Source: an uncultured Thermomicrobiales bacterium
Lineage (GTDB): Bacteria > Chloroflexota > Chloroflexia > Thermomicrobiales > CADCWN01
Direction: 5' to 3'
DNA: 63,975 nucleotides
Assembly (NCBI GenBank): GCA_902806415.1
Contig: CADCWN010000167.1
Coordinates: forward strand, 1-63,975
Shown: positions 1 through 10,527 of the stretch, piece after piece
How the letters are laid out: every line of letters begins with the position of its first letter
How positions within the stretch are numbered: position 1 is the first letter of the stretch
The notes under the pieces: model-generated
The model's database searches: none
The model's input: only the letters and a program-made list of their open reading frames with translations
Told to the model about the DNA's origin: nothing
Program-made: the position numbers and the translations under genes

Positions 1-76
1 GGGCGGTCCTTGCCCGCACCAGCTGCTCCAACTTCGCCCGCTCTTCGTCCGTCACGTCGCGCACACGCAGCACCAT
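1..76 (-). CDS. partial CDS (first 25 aa only): helix-turn-helix protein resembling the N-terminus of IS630-family transposases
   Basis: Not in the ORF track because it runs off the window. The reverse complement of 2..76 reads MVLRVRDVTDEERAKLEQLVRARTA. GGAGGTG lies 5 nt upstream of the ATG at 76. The EER..L..L.R.RTA pattern is what I remember from IS630-type ORFs. Only 25 aa are visible. Confidence 0.35.
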   Translation of the reverse strand, partial: MVLRVRDVTDEERAKLEQLVRARTA

Positions 77-449
77 CGGCGCACCTCCGGCACCGACGCC
101 GCACGACCTATGCCAGACTTGAGGAACGACGCACTAAACTGGGCATGGGGAAGTATACCATCGGTCGCCGGGCGATTTGCACGCCCGTTGCGGGCGGAGC
201 CCACGAGCGGGGGGGCGGCGCACTGGATAGGGCAACATGGAACCGCGACGCATCCAGATTTCCCCTCTGATCCGTATCTCCGTTGGGTGGGCAATCGCCG
301 ACATGGGGAGGGTGGGCTGTCCAACAGCAGATGAGGTCTCGCGGCCGAGCGCGGGTTGCCGTCGCCGCCGCCTATCCCCTATCCTAAACTCTATCAGGCG
401 GGCTTTCTCCCTGGGAGATCGCATAGTGAAGAAGAAAGTCGGTTTGTCG

Positions 450-1256
450 ATGTTCACCACACGCCGGTTCGATCGCCGCAGTTCTAGCATCGCCGCGTTG
501 CTGCTGTCCCTAACCCTATTCCTCGTCTCGTGCGGTGGCTCGGTAACCCCGACGGGGGTGCCGACCGCGACGATTGCGCCCGCCACGCCCACGACGGTTG
601 CCGCCGCCCCGACCGCAACGAGCGTCCCCGCAACCCCGACCGCCCTACCGGCCACTCCCGTCCCCGCCGCGCCGGATACCCCTTCGCCCTCTGTCGCCTC
701 GGAGACTGCTGGCGCGCCGACGGCCACGGTCGTGCCGCCCCCGTCGGCGACGATCGCGCCCCCGACCGCCACAGCCGCGCCGCCGGCCGCTACCCCGCTC
801 CCGAGCGCCGGGCAGCCGACCCGCGTGAAAATCCCGATCATCCGCGTCGATGCCGCTGTGGAATATGTCGGGCTGACCGGCGATGGCGCGATGGATGTGC
901 CGAAGGACTACAGCAAGACCGCCTGGTATGAGCCCGGCCCGCGCCCCGGAGATCAGGGCAACGCGGCGATCGCCGGCCACGTCGATTCCAAGACCGGCAA
1001 GGCGGTCTTCTGGGATCTCGGCAAACTGAAGCCGGGCGACGAGGTGTTCATCGCCGGGGATGACGGCACCGAGCGCCGCTTTGTCGTCACCGGCGTGGAG
1101 TCCTACGGGCGCACCACCGCACCGCTCCAGCAGATTTTCGGCCCTAGCACCGATCGCCGCCTGAACCTGATCACCTGCGACCCGGATAGCGGTTTTGATA
1201 GGACGAAGGGCGAGTACGCGGGGAATATCGTCGTCTACACGAATTACGCCCCCTGA
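450..1256 (+). CDS. sortase-family transpeptidase (class F/E-like), lipoprotein-type N-terminus
   Basis: ORF 237..1256, started here at ATG 450 (MFTTRRF; alternative GTG 426). Signal plus lipobox-like LFLVSCGG, then a long Pro/Thr/Ala linker. The sortase core has AIAGHVD (His) and LNLITCDP (catalytic Cys motif). Confidence 0.8.
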   Translation: MFTTRRFDRRSSSIAALLLSLTLFLVSCGGSVTPTGVPTATIAPATPTTVAAAPTATSVPATPTALPATPVPAAPDTPSPSVASETAGAPTATVVPPPSATIAPPTATAAPPAATPLPSAGQPTRVKIPIIRVDAAVEYVGLTGDGAMDVPKDYSKTAWYEPGPRPGDQGNAAIAGHVDSKTGKAVFWDLGKLKPGDEVFIAGDDGTERRFVVTGVESYGRTTAPLQQIFGPSTDRRLNLITCDPDSGFDRTKGEYAGNIVVYTNYAP

Positions 1257-1281
1257 GTGTGGCGGGGCGGTCTATGCCCCG

Positions 1282-2838
1282 TCACCTCTGCCAGAGCGGC
1301 ATGAGGGAGCCACCGTTCGGCAGGGCGCGCTCGGCCACGAGTTGGCGTGTCGCGAGGTCGAAGACGCCGAAGGCGGGGCCGTTGCCGAATGATACATCGG
1401 CCCCGTCGCGCCGCGAGAAGTGATCGGCGTTCGGGCGCATCAGGTAGACGAAGCGGGTGTCAGGCGAGAGGGTGCCCCCCCAAGTGTCGCCAGGGGAGGT
1501 GTCCCAGCGCCACAGATCGCGCAGATCACGCGGGTCGAGCAGGCGCAGTTGGAAGTCGCCGGGATCAGGCGATGGTTGACCGCTCGCCAGATAACGAACG
1601 GTGTGGATCAGCACCCGCGCTCGGTCGCGGCCAGCACGTTACTATGCGCGGGGAGGGTTGCTCGCGCGCTGAAAGTTATGGCGTCCAGTGAGCGCGGGGT
1701 CTCGATCCGATCGTGCGCCTGCCAACGCCCTCCGGGCAGCGGGGTGGTGATCATTTCGCGCCCGCTGAGAATCAGCCGCTTGCCCGTCGCATCGACTGAT
1801 AGGAAACGGTAGCGGGCATGGCCCATCTGCAGGGCGGTCTCGGTGCTGTAGGTCGGCAGATCGTAGGAGGGGGGCGGCGATTCGCCGACGATGTCGGCCT
1901 GTCGGACGATCGTGCGCGCCCCCAGGTCGACGACGGTGATCAACTCTGCGTCGGTGTGAGCGACATAGAGGCGGTCGTGAGCGATGTCCCAGGCCAATCC
2001 CGGCACTAGTATCTCCGCCTTCCTTCCTGGTTCCCCCGCCGACACTGCGCGCACTCCCGCGAGTTGCAGCGTCGCGACGAAGCGTCCGCTCGCGAGATTG
2101 AGGAATTGGAGTTGCGGCGTGTCGGTCGGCTGGCCGTTCGCGTCGAGCGCGCGGTTGTAGAGGATGAGTTGGTGGCCGGAGCATGACGGTCTGAACTCTT
2201 CGCCGACCGCCCCGCGCGGCAGCCAGGATACCAACTCGACGCGCGCCGCGCCGGGCACATACCGATAGAGGGTATATTCGCGCTGTGTTGGTGCCGTTGC
2301 GGGATCATCGGCGGAGACGAGCCAGGAGAGGGTACGACCTTCCGGCGCGAAGCCGAGCCAGGCGATCTCCCCCGCAACGGTCACCGGCGTCGGGAGATCG
2401 CGCCAACCCGCGAGGTCGATCAGCTGCAGGGTGGATTCGATGCCCCCGCCAGGCGGCGGGAAACTCGCTGTAGCGGTGGTGGCGAGCACGGCCAGAGTGT
2501 TGCCATCGGGGCTGAGCGCGCTGCTAAAGCGCGCGCCGAGGCGGATCGGGGTGTGGCCCGGCAGATCGGCCAGCGTCAACGGATCGATCGGACGAAGCTG
2601 TTGCCCTCGCCAACCTCCCCCATCCTGGGAAATCTGCTCGACCAGGCGGCGCAAGCAGGTCATACACAGCCAGTGCGATGGCGAGCAGTCCCAGCGGCAG
2701 GCCGAGAGCGCAACTCCGTCCGAACGCGCGAAGCCTCCGGGAGGCTGTGGATAACGTGTGGATAAAGCGGGCGGCCCCCCGATTGGCCGCACCCACGGAC
2801 CGCCCCTTCTCACGTTCAATCATGCCGCATCTTCTCAC
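1282..2838 (-). pseudogene. membrane-anchored beta-propeller-repeat protein split over three reading-frame segments (pseudogene or indel errors)
   Basis: Piece 1 (frame of ORF 2524..2838) has a basic N-terminus plus the TM helix ALGLPLGLLAIALAVY. Piece 2 (ORF 1608..2819, usable from about 2663) has repeated SPDGNTLAV and LYVAHTDAELITVVDL type strands. Piece 3 (ORF 1282..1614) continues the same style (FVYLMRP..FGVFDLATRQLV). Pieces 1 and 3 share a frame and piece 2 is shifted. Confidence 0.5.
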
Positions 2839-2971
2839 CGATAGGGACGTATACCCTATCGATAGGACGCGGTGGCCGCTCGCTTCTTCCCCGCATCATT
2901 CGGCGCGCCAAACACACCCGCTGTGGCGGCACTGGCCGAGATTGAGCGAGGGCAGTACTCGACCGCGGGGC

Positions 2972-4204
2972 TTACCCAGCGATGTGCACGCGCAACCGTT
3001 CCTCGTCGAAGGCGATGCCCAGCCCCGGGCCATCCGGCACGCGCAAAAATCCGCCCTCGGGGTGGAGCGGCGCGGTCAGCAACCCCTCGCCGATCGGGTT
3101 CGGCGTGCTGGAGAACTCGAAGATCAGGAAGTTGGCGCTCGCCGCCGCCAGGTGCGCCGCCGCCGCGACGTGGACCGACGAGCCCATGCTGACGTGCGCG
3201 GCCCACTTCGTGGCGTGGAGACTGGCGACCGTCGCGATCCGCCGCCCCTCGCTGATCCCGCCCGCGCGGCAGATGTCCGGCAGGATCACATCGACCGCGC
3301 GCCGCGCCAGACGCTCCGCGAACTGCCAGCGGTTGCATTCCGTCTCCCCCGCCGCGATCGCCATCTCCAGCGCGGCGGTCAGGTGGACATAGCCGTCCAC
3401 ATCTTCCGGGGTGAGCGGGTCTTCGAGCCAGTAGACGCCCAGGTCTTGCAGCCTGCGCCCGACGTAGAGGGCGTTCTCGGCGGTGTAGGCCCCGTGCGCG
3501 TCGATCAGCAAGTCGGCCTCGCCCTGGATCGCCGCCGCGACCGCCGCCGCGGTCGCCAAATCGCTGTCGATGTCGCCGCGCCCAATCGAGAGCTTCATCG
3601 CCGTGTAGCCCGCGTCGATGAAGCCGCGCGCCGCCGCCACCCGCTCGGCGATCGTCGCGCCGGGGATGCCCGAGGCATAGGCCGGGAGTTCGACCCGGTA
3701 CGGCCCGCCGAGCAGGCGGTAGATCGGCACGCCGAGGAGTTTGCCGGCGAGGTCCCAGAGGGCGATATCCACGCCGGAGATCGCCTCCAACTGATAGCCG
3801 GTGCTATGCCCGCGCAGGCGCATCGAGCCGTACATCCGCTCCCAGAGGAGGTCGATCGCCAGCGGGTCGGCCCCGAGGAGGATCGGCCCCAGCACATCCT
3901 CCACGACCGCCTTCGTCGCGCGCGGCCCAAGCGGCGCGTGCGCCTCGCCCCAGCCGACCGTCCCGTCGTCCGCCGTGAGCTTCACCAGGCAGGTCTGCGC
4001 CTGCGGCGGGTAGCCGCAGATGTGCAGATCGCCGATCTCGGCCAGCGTGCGGCGCGGGCGCGCCGTAGCCGCGCCTGTCGCGACCCGCAACCCGGCCCCC
4101 GCGACATAATCTTTATCCCCGACCAGGACGAATGCCTCGACCGCCGCGATCCGCGCGCCCGGCCCGGCCTCACCCGTCTTCGCTGACATCACCGCCCCAC
4201 TCAC
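2972..4204 (-). CDS. enolase-superfamily enzyme (mandelate racemase/muconate lactonizing family, probably a sugar-acid dehydratase)
   Basis: ORF 2972..4204, 410 aa. Motifs include GWGEA, EAISGVDIALWDLAGKLLGVPIYRLLGG, LLIDAHGAY, YWLEDP and AAGE. The start could be the inner ATG at 4189. Confidence 0.85.
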   Translation of the reverse strand: MSGAVMSAKTGEAGPGARIAAVEAFVLVGDKDYVAGAGLRVATGAATARPRRTLAEIGDLHICGYPPQAQTCLVKLTADDGTVGWGEAHAPLGPRATKAVVEDVLGPILLGADPLAIDLLWERMYGSMRLRGHSTGYQLEAISGVDIALWDLAGKLLGVPIYRLLGGPYRVELPAYASGIPGATIAERVAAARGFIDAGYTAMKLSIGRGDIDSDLATAAAVAAAIQGEADLLIDAHGAYTAENALYVGRRLQDLGVYWLEDPLTPEDVDGYVHLTAALEMAIAAGETECNRWQFAERLARRAVDVILPDICRAGGISEGRRIATVASLHATKWAAHVSMGSSVHVAAAAHLAAASANFLIFEFSSTPNPIGEGLLTAPLHPEGGFLRVPDGPGLGIAFDEERLRVHIAG

Positions 4205-4333
4205 CCACTATCCACAGCACCACAACCACGCCGCCCGGCAGCGCATCATCACACCCGCGCGCGGATGGTGCAACGGGATAGAGCGAGCGCCCCCTCCCGA
4301 TCCCGAGAAGGGGCGTGAACGCAGTTGTCCTAT

Positions 4334-5028
4334 CTACCCGCGCCGCGACATGACGATGTTGAGGATGTTCCAGAAGAGCAGGGCGACCGAGGCGAAGAGG
4401 CCGAGCGCCGCCGCGACGGGTTGATCGGTGCGGTAGTCGCGGATGATCCCCGAGGTCTGGTAGAGGAGCGCGGCCCCGGCGTAGACGACCAGCGCCGCCG
4501 CGAACCAGACCCCCAGGCTCAGCCCGAAGAGGATGGCGACGACAATCAGCCCGAGGGCCAGGAAGCCGCCGATCGCCAGCGCGCCGCGCAAGAACGAGAA
4601 GTCCGCACCGGAGAGAAAAGCCACCGCCGTCAACCCGGAGAAGAGGAAGAGGGTCAGCACCCCCGCCGTCGGCAACACATCCGGTGTGCTGTAGTTCGTC
4701 GCGACGAAGAGGACCGGCAGCAAGACGACCGCCTGCGCGACGACGAAGAGGCCCAGCCCCAGATATTGCATACTGCGCGACATGACGTTCCGCGCCCAGC
4801 GGTCCGCTTGGGTGGAGACGCCGATGAAGAGGGCGAGGACGATCAGCCAATTGTAGCCGGTCGTCATCGTCCCGATCAGATTCCGCGCACCGGGCCAGCG
4901 CAGCAGGAGCGCGGCGATCGCCGCGCAGGCGAGGATTGCCCCCGCAAGGTGCAGATAGGTCTGGCGGATGAAGGCGGCGCGCGCGGCACCCGGCGTGGTG
5001 GCGACGGGCAGGGCGGCGGTGGTCGCGC

Positions 5029-5032
<4 letters not shown>
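4334..5032 (-). CDS. Bax inhibitor-1/YccA family membrane protein
   Basis: ORF 4334..5047, started at MSATT (5032). About 7 TM helices, an N-terminal FIRQTYLHLAGAIL motif and a basic C-terminus. Its ATG overlaps the TGA of the upstream HAD gene (ATGA at 5029..5032). Confidence 0.8.
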
Positions 5033-5706
<674 letters not shown>

Positions 5707-5814
5707 CGCTAGCCCCGCTTCTGCGTTTCCAGGATTGCTTCTCCCTCGCGCGGCTTCCTGCCGCGTGAGGGCAATTCGCAAACCATGTTCCCCCGAAGCG
5801 GGGTGGTAGTCCTG

Positions 5815-6852
5815 CTAGGTCAACGGCGAGGTTAACACTTCCCAGCTATCCTGGCGTGCACCCGCGTACAGCGCCTCCATGATCGCGCTGCGCGTCGCCG
5901 CCTCGCGCGCGGTGACGAGCGGCAGGTCCACCTTGCCGGTCACGGCGTCGAGGTAGAGGTCGAAGGCATGGGGCAACCCCTCCGGCAGCGCCTTCCAGGG
6001 GCGCTTGCCATCGGCCTCGGCGACTGCGGCGCTCTCGAAGAAGAGGTCGCCGTTGATGACGGTGGCGTGGCCGCCCGTCCCCGCGATTTCTATGCTGACG
6101 CGGCTGCTCGGGTCGGCCCAGCCCGCCGCGATGCTGCCGGTGAGCCCGCCGCTGAAGGCGATCAGTCCCTCGCCGTACTCGTCGCAGTCGGCGTAGCGCC
6201 CGGTCGCCGCGCCGATTCGCGCCGTGCCGCGCTCTGGCGTGGCCTGGCCGTCGAGGAACCAGAGGAGGAGATCGAGCGCGTGCGCCCCCAGGTCGCCGAA
6301 GCCGCCGACCCCCGCGATCCGGGGATCGGCCATCCAGCGCCACTCGCCGTCGAAGAGGCCGTTAATCACGCCCGCGTGGCAGTTCGTAATTCGCAGGCGG
6401 GTCAGTTGCCCGAAGCTGCCCGCCACGATCTGCTCGCGCAGGAAGAGGTTGATCGGCTGGCCGCGCATGAAGAAGCCGGTCTGGAATGGGACACCCGCGC
6501 GCTCGATCGCGTCGGCCATCCGCCCGGCGTCGCCCGCCCCCAGCCCCAGCGGCTTCTCGACGAAGAGCGCCTTCCCCGCCGTCGCCGCCGCCAGCACCAA
6601 CGCCTCGTGCCGATCGGTCTCCGCGCAGATGATCGCGCCCCCGATCGCCGGGTCGGCCCAGATCGTGTCCGGGTCGAGGATCGGCGCGTCGAGCGCCGTC
6701 GCCAGCCGGCCAGCCCGCGTCGCGTCGTGATCCCAGACCGCCGCGACGCGCACATCCCGCCGCGCACCCAGACGCTTGATGAAGTTCGGCGTGTGGATGT
6801 GCGCCCCGCCGACGAGCGCCAGTGGAACGGGGACGTTGGGTGTTATGCTCAT
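5815..6852 (-). CDS. Gfo/Idh/MocA family oxidoreductase
   Basis: ORF 5815..6852, 345 aa. N-terminal Rossmann segment LALVGGAHIHTPNF, then ALFVEKPLG. Confidence 0.85.
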   Translation of the reverse strand: MSITPNVPVPLALVGGAHIHTPNFIKRLGARRDVRVAAVWDHDATRAGRLATALDAPILDPDTIWADPAIGGAIICAETDRHEALVLAAATAGKALFVEKPLGLGAGDAGRMADAIERAGVPFQTGFFMRGQPINLFLREQIVAGSFGQLTRLRITNCHAGVINGLFDGEWRWMADPRIAGVGGFGDLGAHALDLLLWFLDGQATPERGTARIGAATGRYADCDEYGEGLIAFSGGLTGSIAAGWADPSSRVSIEIAGTGGHATVINGDLFFESAAVAEADGKRPWKALPEGLPHAFDLYLDAVTGKVDLPLVTAREAATRSAIMEALYAGARQDSWEVLTSPLT

Positions 6853-6883
6853 GGTGTCATTCTCTCCACGATGGAAACCGGCA

Positions 6884-7062
6884 GTCGAAGGTCGAAGGTC
6901 GAAGGTCGAAAGGAGAATGGGAAAGGGGAGCGGGGTGGTGGCGGCCAGAATTTATGCGCGAGGCGCTAACGGCTTTGGCTGGTAGCTGAAGCCACCAGCC
7001 GCTGCCTCACACAGATGCTCTGCCGTTTTCCCCCCTTCGACTTTCGACCTTCGACCTTCGAC
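6884..7062. repeat. heptamer-array inverted repeat: (GTCGAAG)x3+GTCGAAAGG at 6884..6913 versus (CCTTCGA)-type array at 7033..7062
   Basis: Base-by-base pairing gives about 30 bp with 1 mismatch and 1 wobble, with a 119-nt spacer. The right arm ends 1 nt before the stop codon (7064..7066) of the upstream minus-strand gene. The spacer contains a 7-bp sub-hairpin GGCTGGT/ACCAGCC. Confidence 0.85.
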
Positions 7063-7063
7063 C

Positions 7064-8110
7064 TCACAACGTGATTGTTTTGCCTTCCTCGATCGAGCGA
7101 TAGGCCGCGAGGATGACCTGGAGGACGCGCCGACCGTCGCGGTGGTCCTGGATCGGGCGGCGACCGGTGGCGATGCTGTCGTAGAAGTGGTGGATCGTCG
7201 CGTCGAAGGTCTGCTGGTTGCCGACGGGCTCGACCGGGTAGGAGCGGCGCGACGGCTCGGCGAAGCCGCGCGGCTTCTCGTAGAGGTCGTACCGATTCCC
7301 GTACACCTCACCGCGCTCGCCGATCGCGTGGAACTTCGCATCGTTGGCGGGGAAGGCGAACCCCTCGCCGGTGAAGATCTGGCCGATCGCGCCGTTGGCG
7401 AATTTGACCATGACCAGCGCGGTGTCCTCGCCGTCCATCTGCGCCACGTAGGTGCCGCCCATCGCCGTCACCTCGACCGGCTCCGCGCCTGCAAGGTGGA
7501 GGAGGATGTAGGTCGGGTGATAGCCCTTGTCGATCAGCACCCCGCCGCCCATCGTCGCGCGGTTCGCTCGCCAGCCGACCATCATCGTCCCCTCCGCTGG
7601 GCGACCGGGCACCGCCGAGGCCGGGTAACCGGTCGGGAACTCGTGCGAGCGCAGGATGAACGGCGTGCCGAGCGCGCCACGGTCGAGCAACTCCTTCGCG
7701 CCCGCGACCGCCGGGTAGAAGAGCTCGTTGTGGCCGCTCATGTAGACGATCCCGGCGCGATCGACCGCCTCGACGATCCTGTCCGCCTCCTCGATCGCGA
7801 TGCACATCGGCTTCTCGCAGAGGATATGCTTTCCCGCCGCCGTCGCCGCCAGGATCGCGTCGGCGTGGAGGTGGTGCGGCAGGCAGATGTCGACCGCGTC
7901 GATCTCGGCCTCACGGATCAGTTGGTGGTAATCGGTGTAGATCGTTGGGGCCGCGCCATCGGTGGCGAAGAGTCCCGCCGCCTCCGTCGCCGCCGCCTCG
8001 ACCACATCCGACACCGCCGTCACGATCGCCTGGCCCGCCAGCTTCTGCCAGCCGGGCGCGTGCCGCTTCCGCGCGATATTGCCGCTACCGATCAGCCCGA
8101 CCTTGAGCAT
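7064..8110 (-). CDS. Gfo/Idh/MocA family oxidoreductase
   Basis: ORF 7064..8110, 348 aa. Motifs MLKVGLIGSGNIARKRH and HILCEKPM. Confidence 0.85.
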   Translation of the reverse strand: MLKVGLIGSGNIARKRHAPGWQKLAGQAIVTAVSDVVEAAATEAAGLFATDGAAPTIYTDYHQLIREAEIDAVDICLPHHLHADAILAATAAGKHILCEKPMCIAIEEADRIVEAVDRAGIVYMSGHNELFYPAVAGAKELLDRGALGTPFILRSHEFPTGYPASAVPGRPAEGTMMVGWRANRATMGGGVLIDKGYHPTYILLHLAGAEPVEVTAMGGTYVAQMDGEDTALVMVKFANGAIGQIFTGEGFAFPANDAKFHAIGERGEVYGNRYDLYEKPRGFAEPSRRSYPVEPVGNQQTFDATIHHFYDSIATGRRPIQDHRDGRRVLQVILAAYRSIEEGKTITL

Positions 8111-8248
8111 CGCCTCCCCCTTTGCCGTATCGTCCGACCACCGCCAGCGGCGTCCAATCGCTGCGTTCCGGCGGGCATACTAACACCGCCGGGCGCGGCG
8201 ATCACCTTCATTGGCCTGTTCTAGCGCGTTGTCCAGGCCGCAATCGCC

Positions 8249-10423
8249 GTGCTACAGTTGCCCGCCATGAACGGTCGAAACGCAGCGCTTGCCCACCCCG
8301 CAACGGAGCCTGCCCCAACCCCCGCCGCAGTCGGCACCGCCGCCCCGCTGGTGGCGGCGACAACGCGGGCGGGCAGGCGGGCGATCCTCCGCCTCGTTGG
8401 CCTCGCGGTCGCCTACGCGCTGCTGACAATCCTCTTCACCTGGCCGATCGCCACGAGCCTTGGCAACCAGATTCCCGCGTACGGCGACCCGGTCGATAGC
8501 GCCTGGCGGCTCGGCTGGGGGCAACACCAACTCCTGACCGACCCGCGCCACCTCTTCGACGCCAACGTCTTCTACCCCTACGCGCGCACTTATCTCTTCG
8601 ACGAATTGCTGCTCGGGATCGCCCTGATCACCCTGCCGCTGCGCCTCTTCACCGACAACCCGGTCGCGATCTACAACCTCGCCATGCTGAGCAGCTTCGT
8701 CCTCAGTGCGCTGGCGATGTACGCGCTCGCGCGACGCCTGCGCTGCCCGCCGGTCGCCGCGTTCGCCGCCGGGCTGGTCTACGCCTTCGCGCCGTTGCAC
8801 ATGGCCCACCTCACCCATCTCGGGCTGCTTTCCGGCCAGTATTTCCCGCTCGCCATCCTCCTGCTCGACCGGATCTTCGACCCCGACCTCGATACCTCGT
8901 CCCGCGCGCGCTGGCGTGACGCGGTCGGGCTGGCCATCGTGTTGGCCCTGCAAGCCCTCTCGGCGCAGTATTACGCCTTCTACCTGCTCTTCGTCGTCGG
9001 CGGCTTCGTCGGGCTGCGCCTCGTGCAAGAGGGAGTGCGGCGACGCTTCCCGCCGCCCGCCGTCTGGGCGCGGCTGCTGACCGCCGGGGCGTTGGCCACG
9101 ATCGTGGTCGCGCCGTTCTTCTTCGGCTACCGGACGGTGCAGGGGGATTACACGGTCGAGCGCTCGATCGCCCAGAATGCCTACTACTCCGCGAACCTCG
9201 CGTCGTTCTTCACCGCCGACGGGCAGAACTGGCTCTGGGGAATGCTCTCCGCGCCGTTGCGCGAGTTCGGGCGCTACACCTTCGAGCGCAATATGTTCCC
9301 CGGTCTGATCGCCCTCATTCTGGCGGCGGTCGGCACGATCGTGGGCCGACGACGACCGCTCGCGCAGTACTTCTTCCTGCTCGGCCTGGGCGCGGCGATC
9401 CTCTCGCTCGGCCCGAATCTCTACGTCACCGCCGATAATAAGAGCATCCTGTTCACGCGGATGCCGTACGGCTTCCTCTACTTTCACTTGCCCGGCTTCG
9501 ACTCGATGCGCGTCCCCGCCCGCTTCGGCATTCTCTTCGGTCTCAGCGTCGCCGGGCTCGCCGCGATCGGGCTGACCTGGATTCTCGGCAAGGCAACGGT
9601 ATGGCGTCCCACCCGCCCGTGCGCAGCTGGTCGCGCGCGGGCGGCGGCGCTGGCGGTGACGCTCATCGGCGGGATCGGCGTCGAGTCGCTGAATCGCCCG
9701 TACGAGCCGGTGCCGCTCGCCACCCGCGAGCAGGCACCGCCGGTCTACCGCTGGCTGGCGACGCAGCCCGATGCGGTCGTGATGGAGCTGCCGTTCGTCA
9801 TCCCCGATCACCCCGACCAGACGGGGATGCTCGGCGATCTCTACCAGTTCTACGCCCTCTATCACGGGCGACCGGTTGTCAACGGCTCGGCGAATGTCCT
9901 GCCGAAGGGCTATAAGGCGCTCTACTACGAGTTCCGCGACGGGCCGACGACGCGCGCCCTGAGCATCCTGCAAGGGCTCGGCGTGACCCATCTCGTCGTC
10001 CACTACGACGAGTTGAGCGGGGAGGTCGCCGCGCGGACGCGTGAGACCCTGGAAGGCGGCACCACCCAGGCGCGCGGCGAGATCGCGTTCGGCGGCGATG
10101 CCGTCTATCGGATCCCCCCGACCGAGCGGTTCGCGCAGTTGCGGTCGCTCATCTCGCGCGACGCCTCGATCTATCTGTCGCGCGGCGAGGACCCGACCGG
10201 GGCGTATGGGGGGATGCTCGGGCGCGTGCTGCTTGACAACCCGATCTACACCCGCGTGCGCGTCGAATTCGGCCGCGACTACATCAGCGACCTCGATCCC
10301 GCCGCGCGCTACGACTACGCGATCCTCTACCATTATGAGAACCCCGCCGACGTTGGCTTCGCCGGGATGCCGATCGTTTGGGAGGATGACGTCGTCCGCA
10401 TCTACGGGCGCAAGGCGACATAA
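8249..10423 (+). CDS. large polytopic membrane protein, putative GT-C-fold glycosyltransferase
   Basis: ORF 8249..10423, 724 aa. About 10 or more hydrophobic helices in the N-terminal two thirds (LVGLAVAYALLTILFTWPIA...), then a soluble C-terminal domain. No specific family motif that I can name. The start may be ATG 8267. Confidence 0.65.
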   Translation: MLQLPAMNGRNAALAHPATEPAPTPAAVGTAAPLVAATTRAGRRAILRLVGLAVAYALLTILFTWPIATSLGNQIPAYGDPVDSAWRLGWGQHQLLTDPRHLFDANVFYPYARTYLFDELLLGIALITLPLRLFTDNPVAIYNLAMLSSFVLSALAMYALARRLRCPPVAAFAAGLVYAFAPLHMAHLTHLGLLSGQYFPLAILLLDRIFDPDLDTSSRARWRDAVGLAIVLALQALSAQYYAFYLLFVVGGFVGLRLVQEGVRRRFPPPAVWARLLTAGALATIVVAPFFFGYRTVQGDYTVERSIAQNAYYSANLASFFTADGQNWLWGMLSAPLREFGRYTFERNMFPGLIALILAAVGTIVGRRRPLAQYFFLLGLGAAILSLGPNLYVTADNKSILFTRMPYGFLYFHLPGFDSMRVPARFGILFGLSVAGLAAIGLTWILGKATVWRPTRPCAAGRARAAALAVTLIGGIGVESLNRPYEPVPLATREQAPPVYRWLATQPDAVVMELPFVIPDHPDQTGMLGDLYQFYALYHGRPVVNGSANVLPKGYKALYYEFRDGPTTRALSILQGLGVTHLVVHYDELSGEVAARTRETLEGGTTQARGEIAFGGDAVYRIPPTERFAQLRSLISRDASIYLSRGEDPTGAYGGMLGRVLLDNPIYTRVRVEFGRDYISDLDPAARYDYAILYHYENPADVGFAGMPIVWEDDVVRIYGRKAT

Positions 10424-10527
10424 CAATAGATGAGTCGGGTGATTGTTCGCGATAGGGTAGCGGTCCGTTGCACTACTCCAGATGAAGCTTTGAGGTGGGG
10501 GAACCCCTCCCCGCCGCCCAGGTGGCG

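Noticed and set aside
134-841. 235-aa minus ORF and several plus ORFs over the sortase linker
   Set aside because: They overlap the Pro/Thr/Ala-rich linker of the sortase gene. The repetitive GC-rich codons keep all frames open, and only the sortase frame has a signal peptide and catalytic motifs.
2678-4186. 502-aa plus-strand ORF
   Set aside because: It is antisense to the well-supported enolase-superfamily gene and is Arg-rich low-complexity. The same reasoning rejects several other ORFs: 5968..6969, 7142..8224, 16593..17864, 23804..25051, 25159..26856, 25779..27080, 33902..34861, 44673..45686, 56581..57906 (apart from the frame issue noted for the APH gene) and 60763..62370.
6884-7062. 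Heptamer arrays as a CRISPR array
   Set aside because: The units are 7 nt and directly tandem with no spacers. Each locus has only two arms in inverted orientation. There is no 25-40-nt direct repeat, no leader and no cas genes.
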